A stretch of DNA of 62,654 bases from IMG/VR virus record IMGVR_UViG_3300045988_095058. One strand, given 5' to 3'. Numbering within the stretch: the first letter of the stretch is position 1; each line of letters begins with the position of its first letter. This document shows positions 45,425 to 53,985 of this stretch, piece by piece. Origin of the DNA: a virus. A program made the position numbers and the translations under genes. The notes under the pieces were generated by a model that did no database searches, had not been told where the DNA came from, and saw only the letters and a program-made list of their open reading frames with translations.

Positions 45425-45598
45425 ATGGATAATGAAAATCAGAAACAGGAGGTAATAGACTTTCTGGAGAACACTTACACAGGGGCTAAAATGATGGGAG
45501 ATGAGGAGGTAATGCTAAGAGCCTCCAGAGCACTCTTAGCATTTAAGGCAGATGTGCATAAGGATATTTTCATAGAGGAGAATGTGCTGGAGTTTTAA
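45425..45598 (+). CDS. Hypothetical small protein (57 aa)
   Basis: ATG after TAGGAGGTATTT. Below the track cutoff. Confidence 0.45.
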   Translation: MDNENQKQEVIDFLENTYTGAKMMGDEEVMLRASRALLAFKADVHKDIFIEENVLEF

Positions 45599-45610
45599 TA
45601 CCAGATAGAG

Positions 45611-45639
45611 AGAGGATCTTAGGATCCTCTTTTTTTTTA
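45611..45639 (+). terminator. Rho-independent terminator
   Basis: AGAGGATC-tta-GGATCCTCT followed by a long T-run. Confidence 0.8.
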
Positions 45640-45640
45640 T

Positions 45641-45680
45641 TCTAAATTTACTTACCGATTGTGATTAAGTTAAGTATCAC
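45641..45680 (+). promoter_or_regulatory. Class-1 bipartite motif, copy G
   Basis: TCTAAA-N14-GTGATTAAGTTAAGTATCAC, with the dyad GTGAT-N10-ATCAC. Confidence 0.55.
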
Positions 45681-45699
45681 AACAAAGGAGGTAAACAGA

Positions 45700-46512
45700 G
45701 TGGCACAGAAAGTAACCAGTACAGATATAAAGCTGGCTCTTAAAGAGTTTCATAATGGAAAGCCCAGTTATTTTATAACAGAGTGTAAAACCTGTAGTAC
45801 TTATTTTCCAGATCCACAGGGGCTACTTAAGTTTGATGGGCTGGCTATCACAAAGAGCTATACAAAGCCTAATATTATTGGCTATGAGATCAAAGTGAGT
45901 AGAAATGATTTTCTACAGGATAATAAGTGGCATTTATATCTACAGTACTGTAATGAGTTTTATTTTGTAGTACCTAAGGGGCTGGTAAAGAAAGAGGAGC
46001 TCCCAGATCATGTAGGGCTTATCTATTTTAATCCAGATACTAAGGGTTTGAGAACTGTTAAAAAGGCATTGTACAGGCAGATAGAGGAGCCTGTAGGAGT
46101 GTATAAGTACATTATCTTTAGTCGGCTTGAGGAGGATAGGATCCCTTTTTACAATGACAGGGCGGAGTACTGTAAGGATTATCTGGAGGATAAGGTAGTA
46201 AAGAGTGCCATAGGGCAGAGATTGGGCACAAAGTTAGCAAAGGATTTAGAGGAGGCAGAAAAGAAGTTAAAAAGCCTCCAGAGTGTAGAGAAAGAGCTAC
46301 AGGCGTGGAAAAGTGTTAAGAAAGTCTTAGATAAGGCTGGTATTTTACCGTGGAGATGGTGGGATAACGATAGCTGGGTAACAGATCTGGAGCAGAGGCT
46401 TAATGGAAAGATGGATCCTATGGATCTGGAGTTAGCCATTAAGGATACCAGTAGATTACTAACCAGATTACAGGATATGCAGGTACAGGAGGAGCAGGAT
46501 GATAAAAGCTAG
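45700..46512 (+). CDS. MmcB-like PD-(D/E)XK nuclease family protein
   Basis: GTG 45700 follows AAAGGAGGTAAACAGA. GYEIKVSRNDFLQDNKW...CNEFYFVVP pattern. Confidence 0.5.
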   Translation: MAQKVTSTDIKLALKEFHNGKPSYFITECKTCSTYFPDPQGLLKFDGLAITKSYTKPNIIGYEIKVSRNDFLQDNKWHLYLQYCNEFYFVVPKGLVKKEELPDHVGLIYFNPDTKGLRTVKKALYRQIEEPVGVYKYIIFSRLEEDRIPFYNDRAEYCKDYLEDKVVKSAIGQRLGTKLAKDLEEAEKKLKSLQSVEKELQAWKSVKKVLDKAGILPWRWWDNDSWVTDLEQRLNGKMDPMDLELAIKDTSRLLTRLQDMQVQEEQDDKS

Positions 46513-46708
46513 ATACATAGGGGTAGATAATGAACTCTTACAGAGCGGTAAAGTATATAAGATCAAAACAATTTCTGTAATGTGGAATGGTAAGCCCAGA
46601 TTAAGAGTAGCTTTTGGAGAGCGTTTTAGATACTGGGTGCATTACGGTAGCCTAGAGGAGTTTCTTAAGCGGTGGAAAGTAGAGGCGGTATATCATGGGC
46701 AGAGCTGA
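46499..46708 (+). CDS. Hypothetical protein
   Basis: 69 aa ORF. Confidence 0.5.
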   Translation: MIKARYIGVDNELLQSGKVYKIKTISVMWNGKPRLRVAFGERFRYWVHYGSLEEFLKRWKVEAVYHGQS

Positions 46709-47060
46709 GAGGCGTAGACTTGAAAAGCAAAAAGGTAAACAGGTAAAAACCTATAATCTAACCAGATCACAGCTCCACAATGCAGTAAGGCAGGTAACAG
46801 AGGAGGATCTTAAGAGGATTAAACAAGAGGCTATGGAGGATGCCATAAATACAGCTATGACATTACTCTTAGTACTTCCTATGGAGGTACTCATGGATCA
46901 CTACTGGAAAAAGACCTATGCAAAGAAAATACCAGAGTTTACAGAGTTGGTATTACAGTACTATGAACGCTGGCAAAATGGAGAGCTAGATATGGATGAG
47001 ATGAAAAAGGATCTCTGGGAGTATGGCGGAGTGAGATTAGAAGAAAGAGAGGCGGAGTAA
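46695..47060 (+). CDS. Hypothetical protein
   Basis: 121 aa ORF. Confidence 0.55.
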   Translation: MGRAERRRLEKQKGKQVKTYNLTRSQLHNAVRQVTEEDLKRIKQEAMEDAINTAMTLLLVLPMEVLMDHYWKKTYAKKIPEFTELVLQYYERWQNGELDMDEMKKDLWEYGGVRLEEREAE

Positions 47061-47229
47061 TGTTTGGATATGTATTACTTGTGATTTTAGTAACAGCAGG
47101 AGTAACTCTAGCAGAGAGTTTTTAATAGCTTTTGTAGCTGGATTGTTAGGGATTGGAGTTTCTTTTAAGGTTATTTTCTTTGTGATGTTTGTTATCAATT
47201 TCTTTATAAGGGGAGGCAGTAGTAAGTAA

Positions 47230-47460
47230 ATGAAAAAGAAAATTAAGGATTGTACATTTAAGGAGTTTACAGGGTGGGCTAACGCTAGAGCCTGTGATGG
47301 TAGATGGAGTATGTTAGATGCTATGAATAGTATAAGTGTAATTAGTATGGTATATGAGGTAAAGCCTCTTTTCTTTAGAGGTAGGGTTAGAGAGGCTTTA
47401 TGGAGAAAACTTAGGGATCAGTATTTAAACATGGAGGCAGAGATAGAGATTGAAAGATAG
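47230..47460 (+). CDS. Hypothetical protein
   Basis: 76 aa ORF, RBS AGGGGAGGCAG. Confidence 0.55.
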   Translation: MKKKIKDCTFKEFTGWANARACDGRWSMLDAMNSISVISMVYEVKPLFFRGRVREALWRKLRDQYLNMEAEIEIER

Positions 47461-47878
47461 TACAAGAGCTAAGAGCTCAATACAGGAAAAGCGTATAGCT
47501 AAGGCTATAGGAGGTAGGCAGGTAGTAGGATCTGGATCTACTCCATTCCTAAAAGGGGATGTAATAGCAGGAGCTCTCTTTATAGAGGCAAAAACAAAGA
47601 TGAACCCTAGCCAGAGTATCACAGTAAAAAAGAGCTGGATAGATAAGGCTAAGGAGCAGAGCTTAGCTATGAGAAAAGAGGATTATGCCATAGCGGTATC
47701 CTTTGGAGATCCTAAGGAGTATTACCTCATTGAGGATAATTTAATGGAGGATCTGTATAAGAGCAGGGAGGCACTCAGAGCGGTTATAGATGCTATTGGA
47801 GGAGTAGATCACGATCCATTAGGGTTAGAGAGTGCAGAGATTTACAGAATAAGAGAGCTGATAAAGGAGGCATATTAG
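47450..47878 (+). CDS. Putative PD-(D/E)XK-type resolvase/nuclease
   Basis: EKRIAKAIGGRQVVGSGS...KGDVIAGALFIEAKTK pattern. TTG start. Assignment is tentative. Confidence 0.4.
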   Translation: MKDSTRAKSSIQEKRIAKAIGGRQVVGSGSTPFLKGDVIAGALFIEAKTKMNPSQSITVKKSWIDKAKEQSLAMRKEDYAIAVSFGDPKEYYLIEDNLMEDLYKSREALRAVIDAIGGVDHDPLGLESAEIYRIRELIKEAY

Positions 47879-47880
47879 AT

Positions 47881-48198
47881 ATGTGTAAAATTAGTGAAAT
47901 GAACTTAGATACAGCTAAGTACTATGGATATGAGGCACAGAGTAACCAGTTAGTAGAGGAGTGTGCAGAGCTCATACAGGCGGTAAATAAGTATCGTAGA
48001 GTAGAAACAGGCTTAGGACAGCCTGTAGCGGAGGATAAAAAGGCTATTGCCAGAGATAACTTAGTAGAGGAGATCGCAGATGTAGAGTTAATGCTGGAGC
48101 AGGTAAAGTATCTCCTCCAGATCCCAGAGGATGAGCTCTTAGCGGTTAAGACTTTTAAGGTAAACCGTACTAAGGAAAGAATGGAAAGCAATAAATAA
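47881..48198 (+). CDS. MazG-like nucleotide pyrophosphohydrolase
   Basis: QLVEECAELIQAV and LVEEIADVELMLEQV helices, typical of MazG. Confidence 0.6.
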   Translation: MCKISEMNLDTAKYYGYEAQSNQLVEECAELIQAVNKYRRVETGLGQPVAEDKKAIARDNLVEEIADVELMLEQVKYLLQIPEDELLAVKTFKVNRTKERMESNK

Positions 48199-48216
48199 AA
48201 TATTTTTCAAAAACTA

Positions 48217-48256
48217 TCTAAATTTTCCTCATATTGAGGATTAAGTTATTTATCAA
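48217..48256 (+). promoter_or_regulatory. Class-1 bipartite motif, copy H (variant)
   Basis: TCTAAA-N14-aGGATTAAGTTATTTATCAA. Confidence 0.45.
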
Positions 48257-48290
48257 TAAAAATAACACACATAGAAAAGGAGAAAAATCT

Positions 48291-49265
48291 ATGAGAGCAT
48301 TTAAAGGATTTAACAAGGATCTTACCTGTAGAGGTTATCAGTATGAGGAGGGTAAGGAATTTCACACAGAAAGAGCGGAGTGCTGTGATACAGGTTTTCA
48401 CGCTTGCGAGTATCCGTTAGATTGTTTCGGATATTATGATCCAGCACATAGCGTATTCCATGAGGTAGAGTTATCTGGAGAGATGGATAAGAGCGGAGAT
48501 AATACTAAGGTATGTGCTACTGATATTAAGATTGGAGCTAGATTATCTATTGCAGGACTTGTAAAGATGGCTATTGATTTTACTATGAGTAAGGTAAACA
48601 AAGAGGCAGGATCAGACGAGCGACACGGTTTTGCATCTGCTACAGGGAATTGTGGAGCCTCATCTGCTACAGGGGATTATGGAGCCTCATCTGCTACAGG
48701 GGATTATGGAGCCTCATCTGCTACAGGGAATTATGGAGCCTCATCTGCTACAGGGTATAAAGGAGCCTCATCTGCTACAGGGAATTGTGGAGCCTCATCT
48801 GCTACAGGGTATAAAGGAGCCTCATCTGCTACAGGGGATTATGGAGCCTCATCTGCTACAGGGAATTGTGGAGCCTCATCTGCTACAGGGGATTATGGAG
48901 CCTCATCTGCTACAGGGAATTATGGAGCCTCATCTGCTACAGGGAATTGTGGAGCCTCATCTGCTACAGGGTATAAAGGAGCCTCATCTGTTAGTGATCC
49001 TACTGGTGTAGCGGTTGCATGGGGGCATGAGGCAAGAGCTAAGGGCTGTAAGGGAGCTCATCTTATCCTCTCTGATTGGAAATATGTAGGAGCCAGATAT
49101 AGCGACGGAGATTATATGGATCCTTATGATAAGGAGAGCTGGGAGCTCACAGGAGCTAAGATGGTAGTAGTAGATGGAGAGAAGATCAAAGAGGATACAT
49201 ACTACCGCTGTATCGAGGGAGAAATTGTAGAAGTTACAGAAGATGGAGAGATCGTAGAGGAATAA
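48291..49265 (+). CDS. DUF7666-like protein with a 9-aa tandem-repeat core
   Basis: N-terminus MRAFKGFNKDLTCRGYQYEEGKEF...CDTGFHACEYPLDCFGYY, then 13 ASSATGxxG units. ATG 48291 follows AAAAGGAGAAAAATCT. Confidence 0.7.
   Translation: MRAFKGFNKDLTCRGYQYEEGKEFHTERAECCDTGFHACEYPLDCFGYYDPAHSVFHEVELSGEMDKSGDNTKVCATDIKIGARLSIAGLVKMAIDFTMSKVNKEAGSDERHGFASATGNCGASSATGDYGASSATGDYGASSATGNYGASSATGYKGASSATGNCGASSATGYKGASSATGDYGASSATGNCGASSATGDYGASSATGNYGASSATGNCGASSATGYKGASSVSDPTGVAVAWGHEARAKGCKGAHLILSDWKYVGARYSDGDYMDPYDKESWELTGAKMVVVDGEKIKEDTYYRCIEGEIVEVTEDGEIVEE
48630..48990 (+). repeat. 27-bp in-frame tandem repeat, 13 units plus a partial unit
   Basis: The unit is gcctcatctgctacaggg-NNNNNN-gga. The variable hexamer is AATTGT, GATTAT, AATTAT or TATAAA. 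Confidence 0.9.
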
Positions 49266-49273
49266 TACAGGGA

Positions 49274-49311
49274 GTGGTACATTTTGTAAGAAAAGATGTA
49301 CCACTTTTTTC
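49274..49311 (+). terminator. Rho-independent terminator
   Basis: GTGGTACA...TGTACCAC followed by T6. Confidence 0.75.
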
Positions 49312-49318
49312 TATTTTA

Positions 49319-49358
49319 TCTAAAAATCCTCCTCAAAAGTGATTAGGTTATATATCAA
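49319..49358 (+). promoter_or_regulatory. Class-1 bipartite motif, copy I
   Basis: TCTAAA-N14-GTGATTAGGTTATATATCAA. Confidence 0.55.
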
Positions 49359-49379
49359 TTTAAAAGGGAGGTAAAAACC

Positions 49380-49694
49380 GTGTCAGAGGTAGGATGTGAT
49401 ATAGTTGAGTACCTTAAAGAGTTTCATACATCGGAGGGAAAAGCGGTAAAGGCTAGAGAGCTGTGTGTACTGTTTAATGTACATGAGAAACAGCTAAGAA
49501 ACATTGTAAGCGATCTGAGGCAGAATGGAGAGGCTATATGTAGCTCTACTTATGGTTACTGGTACTCCAGAGATCCAGATGATATATCCACTACCCTAAG
49601 CAGGTTAGTAGGGCAAGTGGATAATATGCAGAAAGTAATAGCAGGATTAAACAGGATCTTACAGGAGGTGCAGGATGAGCAAAAGGAGAATTAG
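49380..49694 (+). CDS. Hypothetical winged-helix-like protein
   Basis: 104 aa, GTG start after AGGGAGGTAAAAACC. Confidence 0.5.
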   Translation: MSEVGCDIVEYLKEFHTSEGKAVKARELCVLFNVHEKQLRNIVSDLRQNGEAICSSTYGYWYSRDPDDISTTLSRLVGQVDNMQKVIAGLNRILQEVQDEQKEN

Positions 49695-50436
49695 AAGAAA
49701 GAAGAAAGCCAGAGTAAAAATATTGCCTTTAATACTGGTAGGAGCGGTAATAGCAGGAGTAATTACTGTGATAATGAGTGTAAATCTAAAGGGAGCAGAT
49801 AAAGAGCCTCCTACTGAGGAGGTTTATATTACGGAAATTCCACAAGCTGAGAACACAGAGCCAGTAACGAAAACAGAGCAGGAGGCAAAGCTAGAGCACG
49901 ATCTTAATTATACATATCCGTATAATACGATGAGTGCAGACTGGGGATCAGAGGTATACGAGGATGGATTTAGATATTATGAAATCCAGCAGGAGTATAA
50001 GGATGCTGGAGGATGTTTTCCAGAAATAGTACAGGTTTACCTCTGGTGTGAGTGTAAAGAGTACGGAGTAGATTATTATACGGTACTAGCCCTCATAGAG
50101 AGGGAGAGCGGTTATCACTGGGATAAGGTGGGAGATAACGGAAACAGTAAGGGCTATATGCAGATATACGAGAAATGGCATACAGAGCGGATGGAGGCGG
50201 AGGGAGTAACAGATCTCTTTAATCCATATCAAAATATCAGAGTAGGGCTTAACTGTTTAAGAGAGATACAGGATAAGTACTTAGCCTCCAGCGGAGAAAA
50301 TTGTGTACTCATGGTATATAACATGGGAGAGAGCGGAGCTAAAAAGCTGTGGGCTAAAGATATTTATAGCTCAGCATATAGCAGAGAGGTAATATCAAGA
50401 GCACAGGAATTAAGACAGGAACTAGCACAGGAATAA
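49675..50436 (+). CDS. Membrane-anchored lytic transglycosylase (SLT domain)
   Basis: N-terminal TM helix ILPLILVGAVIAGVITVIMSV. SLT segments LALIERESGYHW and SKGYMQI. Confidence 0.75.
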   Translation: MSKRRIRRKKKARVKILPLILVGAVIAGVITVIMSVNLKGADKEPPTEEVYITEIPQAENTEPVTKTEQEAKLEHDLNYTYPYNTMSADWGSEVYEDGFRYYEIQQEYKDAGGCFPEIVQVYLWCECKEYGVDYYTVLALIERESGYHWDKVGDNGNSKGYMQIYEKWHTERMEAEGVTDLFNPYQNIRVGLNCLREIQDKYLASSGENCVLMVYNMGESGAKKLWAKDIYSSAYSREVISRAQELRQELAQE

Positions 50437-50449
50437 TACAGGATCAAGC

Positions 50450-50482
50450 AGGAGTATAGGAAAAACTATACTCCTTTTTTTC
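50450..50482 (+). terminator. Rho-independent terminator
   Basis: AGGAGTATAG-gaaaaa-CTATACTCCT followed by T7. Confidence 0.8.
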
Positions 50483-50503
50483 TTGTTAAAAGGGAGGTAC
50501 ACG

Positions 50504-50740
50504 ATGTTTAAGGTAGGAGATGCCATTAAGTGGATGTGTCCTCTGGATAATGATTATACCTATGGAGAGATTACAGCTCTTAGAAAGAGTGTAGCTACAG
50601 TAAAAGGCACTGGGTTATACAGCGGTATTACAGCGGAGGTACACCTAAGATACATAGAAAAGCTAATGAGAGGAGGCGGTAGCGTTGGGAGCGATTGTAA
50701 GAAATGTAGTAAACGATCAATTACTAAGGCTGAGTTATAA
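50504..50740 (+). CDS. Hypothetical protein
   Basis: 78 aa from ATG 50504, preceded by AAGGGAGGTACACG. Confidence 0.5.
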   Translation: MFKVGDAIKWMCPLDNDYTYGEITALRKSVATVKGTGLYSGITAEVHLRYIEKLMRGGGSVGSDCKKCSKRSITKAEL

Positions 50741-51089
50741 GGATCCTAAGAACATAAAGAGATTTTTGAGAAATTGGGGAGGCTTAGAGGGCTTAAGTGA
50801 AAAAGGAGATACAGTAGCTACCTGTATCCTCACAGACCTTAAGACAGTAACAGCTATTGATCTGGATAAATACCATAAAAGCGATAGAGCGGAGTTTAAC
50901 AAGGCGTATAGAAAAGGAAAGTTAAGTCACTATCAGTATATGAGTATAGCGTATGTGCTGATACTGGGATATACACAGGATGAGTTAGCGTTTGTAATGG
51001 GCGTGGATCAGAGTGTGATTAGCAAGAATATAAACAGCGGTATAAAGAGAATACAGAGAGAGCTTAGAGCTTATCTGGAGGAGGATTAG
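50685..51089 (+). CDS. Sigma region-4-like HTH regulator; candidate late activator
   Basis: TTG start 8 nt after GGAGG. C-terminus LILGYTQDELAFVMGVDQSVISKNINSGIKRIQREL. Confidence 0.5.
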   Translation: MGAIVRNVVNDQLLRLSYKDPKNIKRFLRNWGGLEGLSEKGDTVATCILTDLKTVTAIDLDKYHKSDRAEFNKAYRKGKLSHYQYMSIAYVLILGYTQDELAFVMGVDQSVISKNINSGIKRIQRELRAYLEED

Positions 51090-51341
51090 ATGAGTTTAAT
51101 AAAGTGCGGAACCGATGAAAATGGATCCTACATAGAATTGAAAAGACCGAGAGGAGAAACGCCCCAATGCTTTATAGATGAGTGTGGAGTAGTACACGAT
51201 ACCATAAGGATTTATGAGTACAAGGCAGTAAGGAGTAAAGAGATCACCACAGATAGCAGATGTGTAATGTGCGGAGAGATAATACCGGAGGGCTCTATGG
51301 TATGTGATAGATGCAGAGAGGCGGTGGAGGGCTTTGAGTAA
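51090..51341 (+). CDS. Zinc-ribbon hypothetical protein
   Basis: CVMCGEIIPEGSMVCDRC. Confidence 0.5.
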   Translation: MSLIKCGTDENGSYIELKRPRGETPQCFIDECGVVHDTIRIYEYKAVRSKEITTDSRCVMCGEIIPEGSMVCDRCREAVEGFE

Positions 51342-51573
51342 GTTTAGGCGTGAGGAAGATGAGGCGGATAAATGGCTAAGAGAGCATGATCCTTACTATA
51401 CATCCTCAGATAGGGATAAAAGAAAGAAAATGAGTAATCCCTATGAAACTCCAGAGCAGGAAAAGCGGAGGAGAGAAACAGAGATCCCTCTTAGTAACCT
51501 AAATAGCTACCAGAGAGTGCAATTTAAGCAGGTAGGAGGCTCTTATACAGAGCGTGGAGAGTTTGATCTGTAA
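51304..51573 (+). CDS. Hypothetical charged protein
   Basis: 89 aa, GTG start, overlaps the upstream gene. Confidence 0.4.
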   Translation: MIDAERRWRALSKFRREEDEADKWLREHDPYYTSSDRDKRKKMSNPYETPEQEKRRRETEIPLSNLNSYQRVQFKQVGGSYTERGEFDL

Positions 51574-51591
51574 AAGGGTGCATAAAAATTA

Positions 51592-51613
51592 CAGATATGT
51601 ACCCTAACTAATG
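51592..51613 (+). promoter_or_regulatory. Conserved 22-bp box CAGATATGTACCCTAACTAATG, paired with ATTACATAG at 51621..51629
   Basis: Second copy of the box found at 72..93. Confidence 0.4.
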
Positions 51614-51665
51614 AAACAAAATTACATAGCTTAGGAAATAAATAGAAAGAGAGGTACATGAGGCT

Positions 51666-52253
51666 ATGAAAGATTTACAAGTAAAGTACATAGATCCGCT
51701 GGATCTTATCCCTTATGAGAATAACCCTAGAATTAACGACTATGCAGTAAAAAAGGTTATGGAGAGTATTAAGGAGTACGGATTTACTAATCCGATTATC
51801 GTAGATGCAGATATGGTTATCATCGCAGGGCATACGAGGAGAGAGGCTAGTATCTTAGCAGGGCTGGATAGAGTACCGTACATAGTAAGAGATGATCTCA
51901 CTCCAGAGCAGGTAAAGGCTTACCGTATTGCAGATAACAAGCTGGCAGAGTTAAGTAACTGGGATGATGAGTTACTCAAAAAGGAGTTATTTGAGTTACA
52001 GGCGGTAGATTATTCCTTAGAGGTAATGGGCTTTACAGAGATAGACCTTAAAGAGATCTTTACAGAGAAAGAGGTACCTAAGGAGAAAAAGAAGAAAGAG
52101 GAGAAAACTACTTTACCTATGCTCCGTTTCGGATCCAACAGTGTAAGGATTACAGAGGATGAGCTGGTAATGCTTAGCAATAGATACAATGAGTATGTAG
52201 AGAGTACTCCAGATGAGGGCTTTATTACATGGCTTTTAAAGAGAGGCTTATAA
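51666..52253 (+). CDS. ParB-like nuclease domain protein
   Basis: YENNPRIND...IIVDADMVIIAGHTRREA is ParB/Srx N-terminal domain-like. Confidence 0.8.
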   Translation: MKDLQVKYIDPLDLIPYENNPRINDYAVKKVMESIKEYGFTNPIIVDADMVIIAGHTRREASILAGLDRVPYIVRDDLTPEQVKAYRIADNKLAELSNWDDELLKKELFELQAVDYSLEVMGFTEIDLKEIFTEKEVPKEKKKKEEKTTLPMLRFGSNSVRITEDELVMLSNRYNEYVESTPDEGFITWLLKRGL

Positions 52254-52275
52254 AAAAGAGCGTGGAGGCGGAAAA

Positions 52276-52530
52276 ATGGTTATGAGCGGAGTAAGAGAAA
52301 TGACCTTAGCAGAGGAGATAAGAAATCTGGCAGATCTGGGAGTAGATCAGAATGTTATAGACAGAATGACACAGAAATATAACAGGATGCTCACAGATCA
52401 TGGAAATACCTGTAATAAGATCCGAGATGAAGTATACAGAGAGGTAAGAGGCGTAAAGGCGGAGCTGGCGGAGAAAGAAACTATCATAAGAGTATTAACA
52501 ACTCATATAAGAGAGAAAGAGCTACTGTAA
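52276..52530 (+). CDS. Hypothetical protein
   Basis: 84 aa ORF, RBS GGAGGCGGAAAA. Confidence 0.5.
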   Translation: MVMSGVREMTLAEEIRNLADLGVDQNVIDRMTQKYNRMLTDHGNTCNKIRDEVYREVRGVKAELAEKETIIRVLTTHIREKELL

Positions 52531-52550
52531 GAGGTAGCTCTATTTAATTT
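52519..52550 (+). terminator. Hairpin terminator
   Basis: GAGCTAC-tgtaagag-GTAGCTC followed by TATTTAATTT. Confidence 0.55.
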
Positions 52551-52839
52551 CATTCTATGTACTGAAATCCCTATGAAATGAGTAAAAGGTGGAGAAAAGG
52601 GTAAAAGGGCGGAAAAGAGGCTTAAATACAGTAATAATACTAAATAAACAAATAAGAGTAGATATTACAGTAATAACAAAGAAATATAAAAACTAATTTC
52701 AGTACTATAAAAGAAAACATAGTAAGAGAGATAGATAGAAAGAAAATAGAGGGAATTAACGGACAACAACAGGAATGTAAGTAAAACTGTAGAAAATCTC
52801 CCTCATTTACAAAGAGCAAAGAAAGGAGGCGGATCGAGG

Positions 52840-53310
52840 GTGGCTAATACATTGAGTAAAGAGAATGAGCTCCAGAGGAAAGCCTTTGAGCTGTATTATG
52901 GCTTAGGAGATAAGAGATCCCTTAGAGCGGTAGCAGAAACCATAGGAAGAACGGAGAGAACGGTAGCAGGGTGGAGCAGGGCTTTTAACTGGGTAGCTAG
53001 AGTAACCCAGAGAAATATAGAGAACGCTCAGAACAGTAACGAGGCTAAGATCACAGCGGAGCTAACGGATGTACGGACTAAGTACCGTATCCTTATCAAT
53101 AACCTTATGGCTGATTTTAGTAAGGATATTGCACAGGGCAAGGTAAAAGTAAAGAATATCAACGATTTTGAGAGGCTGGTTAAGCTGGATATGCTCCTTA
53201 TGGGAGAGGCTACAGAGCGTGTAGAGCGTGGCGGTACACAAGAGCTCTCACAGGATGCTAAGGATCGCTTAGATGAGATCGCTCAGCTTATGAAAAGTGC
53301 TAAGAAGTAG
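52840..53310 (+). CDS. terS: Terminase small subunit
   Basis: 156 aa, GTG start after AGGAGGCGGATCGAG. N-terminal HTH SLRAVAETIGRTERTVAGWS. Upstream of the packaging genes. Confidence 0.55.
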   Translation: MANTLSKENELQRKAFELYYGLGDKRSLRAVAETIGRTERTVAGWSRAFNWVARVTQRNIENAQNSNEAKITAELTDVRTKYRILINNLMADFSKDIAQGKVKVKNINDFERLVKLDMLLMGEATERVERGGTQELSQDAKDRLDEIAQLMKSAKK

Positions 53311-53404
53311 TGCAGATTGCACAATGGGTATAAGGTTTTTCTCTAGGGAAAATACAGAGTCCTTTGTAAGAATTGCACAAAGGAAAAGAAAAAAGGTAAA
53401 TAAA

Positions 53405-53444
53405 TCTAACTTTTTAAGGTTTATGTGATTATGTTACTTATCAA
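53405..53444 (+). promoter_or_regulatory. Class-1 bipartite motif, copy J
   Basis: TCTAAc-N14-GTGATTATGTTACTTATCAA. Confidence 0.5.
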
Positions 53445-53465
53445 ACATAAGGAGGTAAGCATAAT

Positions 53466-53975
53466 ATGAGTAATGCTATTAACCCAGAACACTATAACAG
53501 ATTGAACCCACAGCCTAAGGATGTAATCAGAGCGTGGGGCTTAAATTTCAACTTAGGGAGTGCTGTAAAGTACATCTCCAGAGCAGGGCATAAGGATGAT
53601 ATTGTACAGGATCTTAAGAAAGCACAGGAGTTTATCCAGTTTGAGATTGATGCTATCGAGGGAGCCAGAGCGGAGAGAAAAGACAAGCCTAAGCATGAGG
53701 ATTTTATGGATGCTATGTTAAGAGGTTTGTTTGGAGGCTCTGTAGGACATATCGAGATCACAGGAAAGAGAAACGGTAAGACCGATGAGGAGATTGCTGA
53801 GATCGTAGATAAAACCATTAAAGATATTATCTCTGGTATGGCAGGAGTAGAGCTGGAGGAGATCAAAGAGGGAAACGGATACACGGAGGTACATATTACA
53901 GGTAATGCTAATCCGATTGAGGTAAGAGAGTACATTGAGAAAGAGCTTAAGGATCGCTTAGCTATGGTGCTGTAA
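53466..53975 (+). CDS. DUF3310-family protein
   Basis: NPEHYNRLNPQPKDVIRAWGLNFNLGSAVKYISRAGHK is typical of DUF3310. Confidence 0.65.
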   Translation: MSNAINPEHYNRLNPQPKDVIRAWGLNFNLGSAVKYISRAGHKDDIVQDLKKAQEFIQFEIDAIEGARAERKDKPKHEDFMDAMLRGLFGGSVGHIEITGKRNGKTDEEIAEIVDKTIKDIISGMAGVELEEIKEGNGYTEVHITGNANPIEVREYIEKELKDRLAMVL

Positions 53976-53985
53976 GGAGGTAATT

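Noticed and set aside
48630-48990. The regular 27-bp repeats as a CRISPR array
   Set aside because: There are no unique spacers. The repeats are contiguous, in frame and translate to a 9-aa protein repeat, and no cas genes are present.
48631-49011. 126-aa ORF MHLLQGIVEPHLLQG...
   Set aside because: It is an alternate reading frame of the tandem repeat. It has no RBS and lies inside the 48291..49265 CDS.
53318-53395. ATTGCACAA direct repeat and the CCTTTGT/ACAAAGG hairpin after terS, as a terminator
   Set aside because: No T-run follows on the + strand. It may still be a protein-binding or pac-related site, but the evidence is too thin to call.
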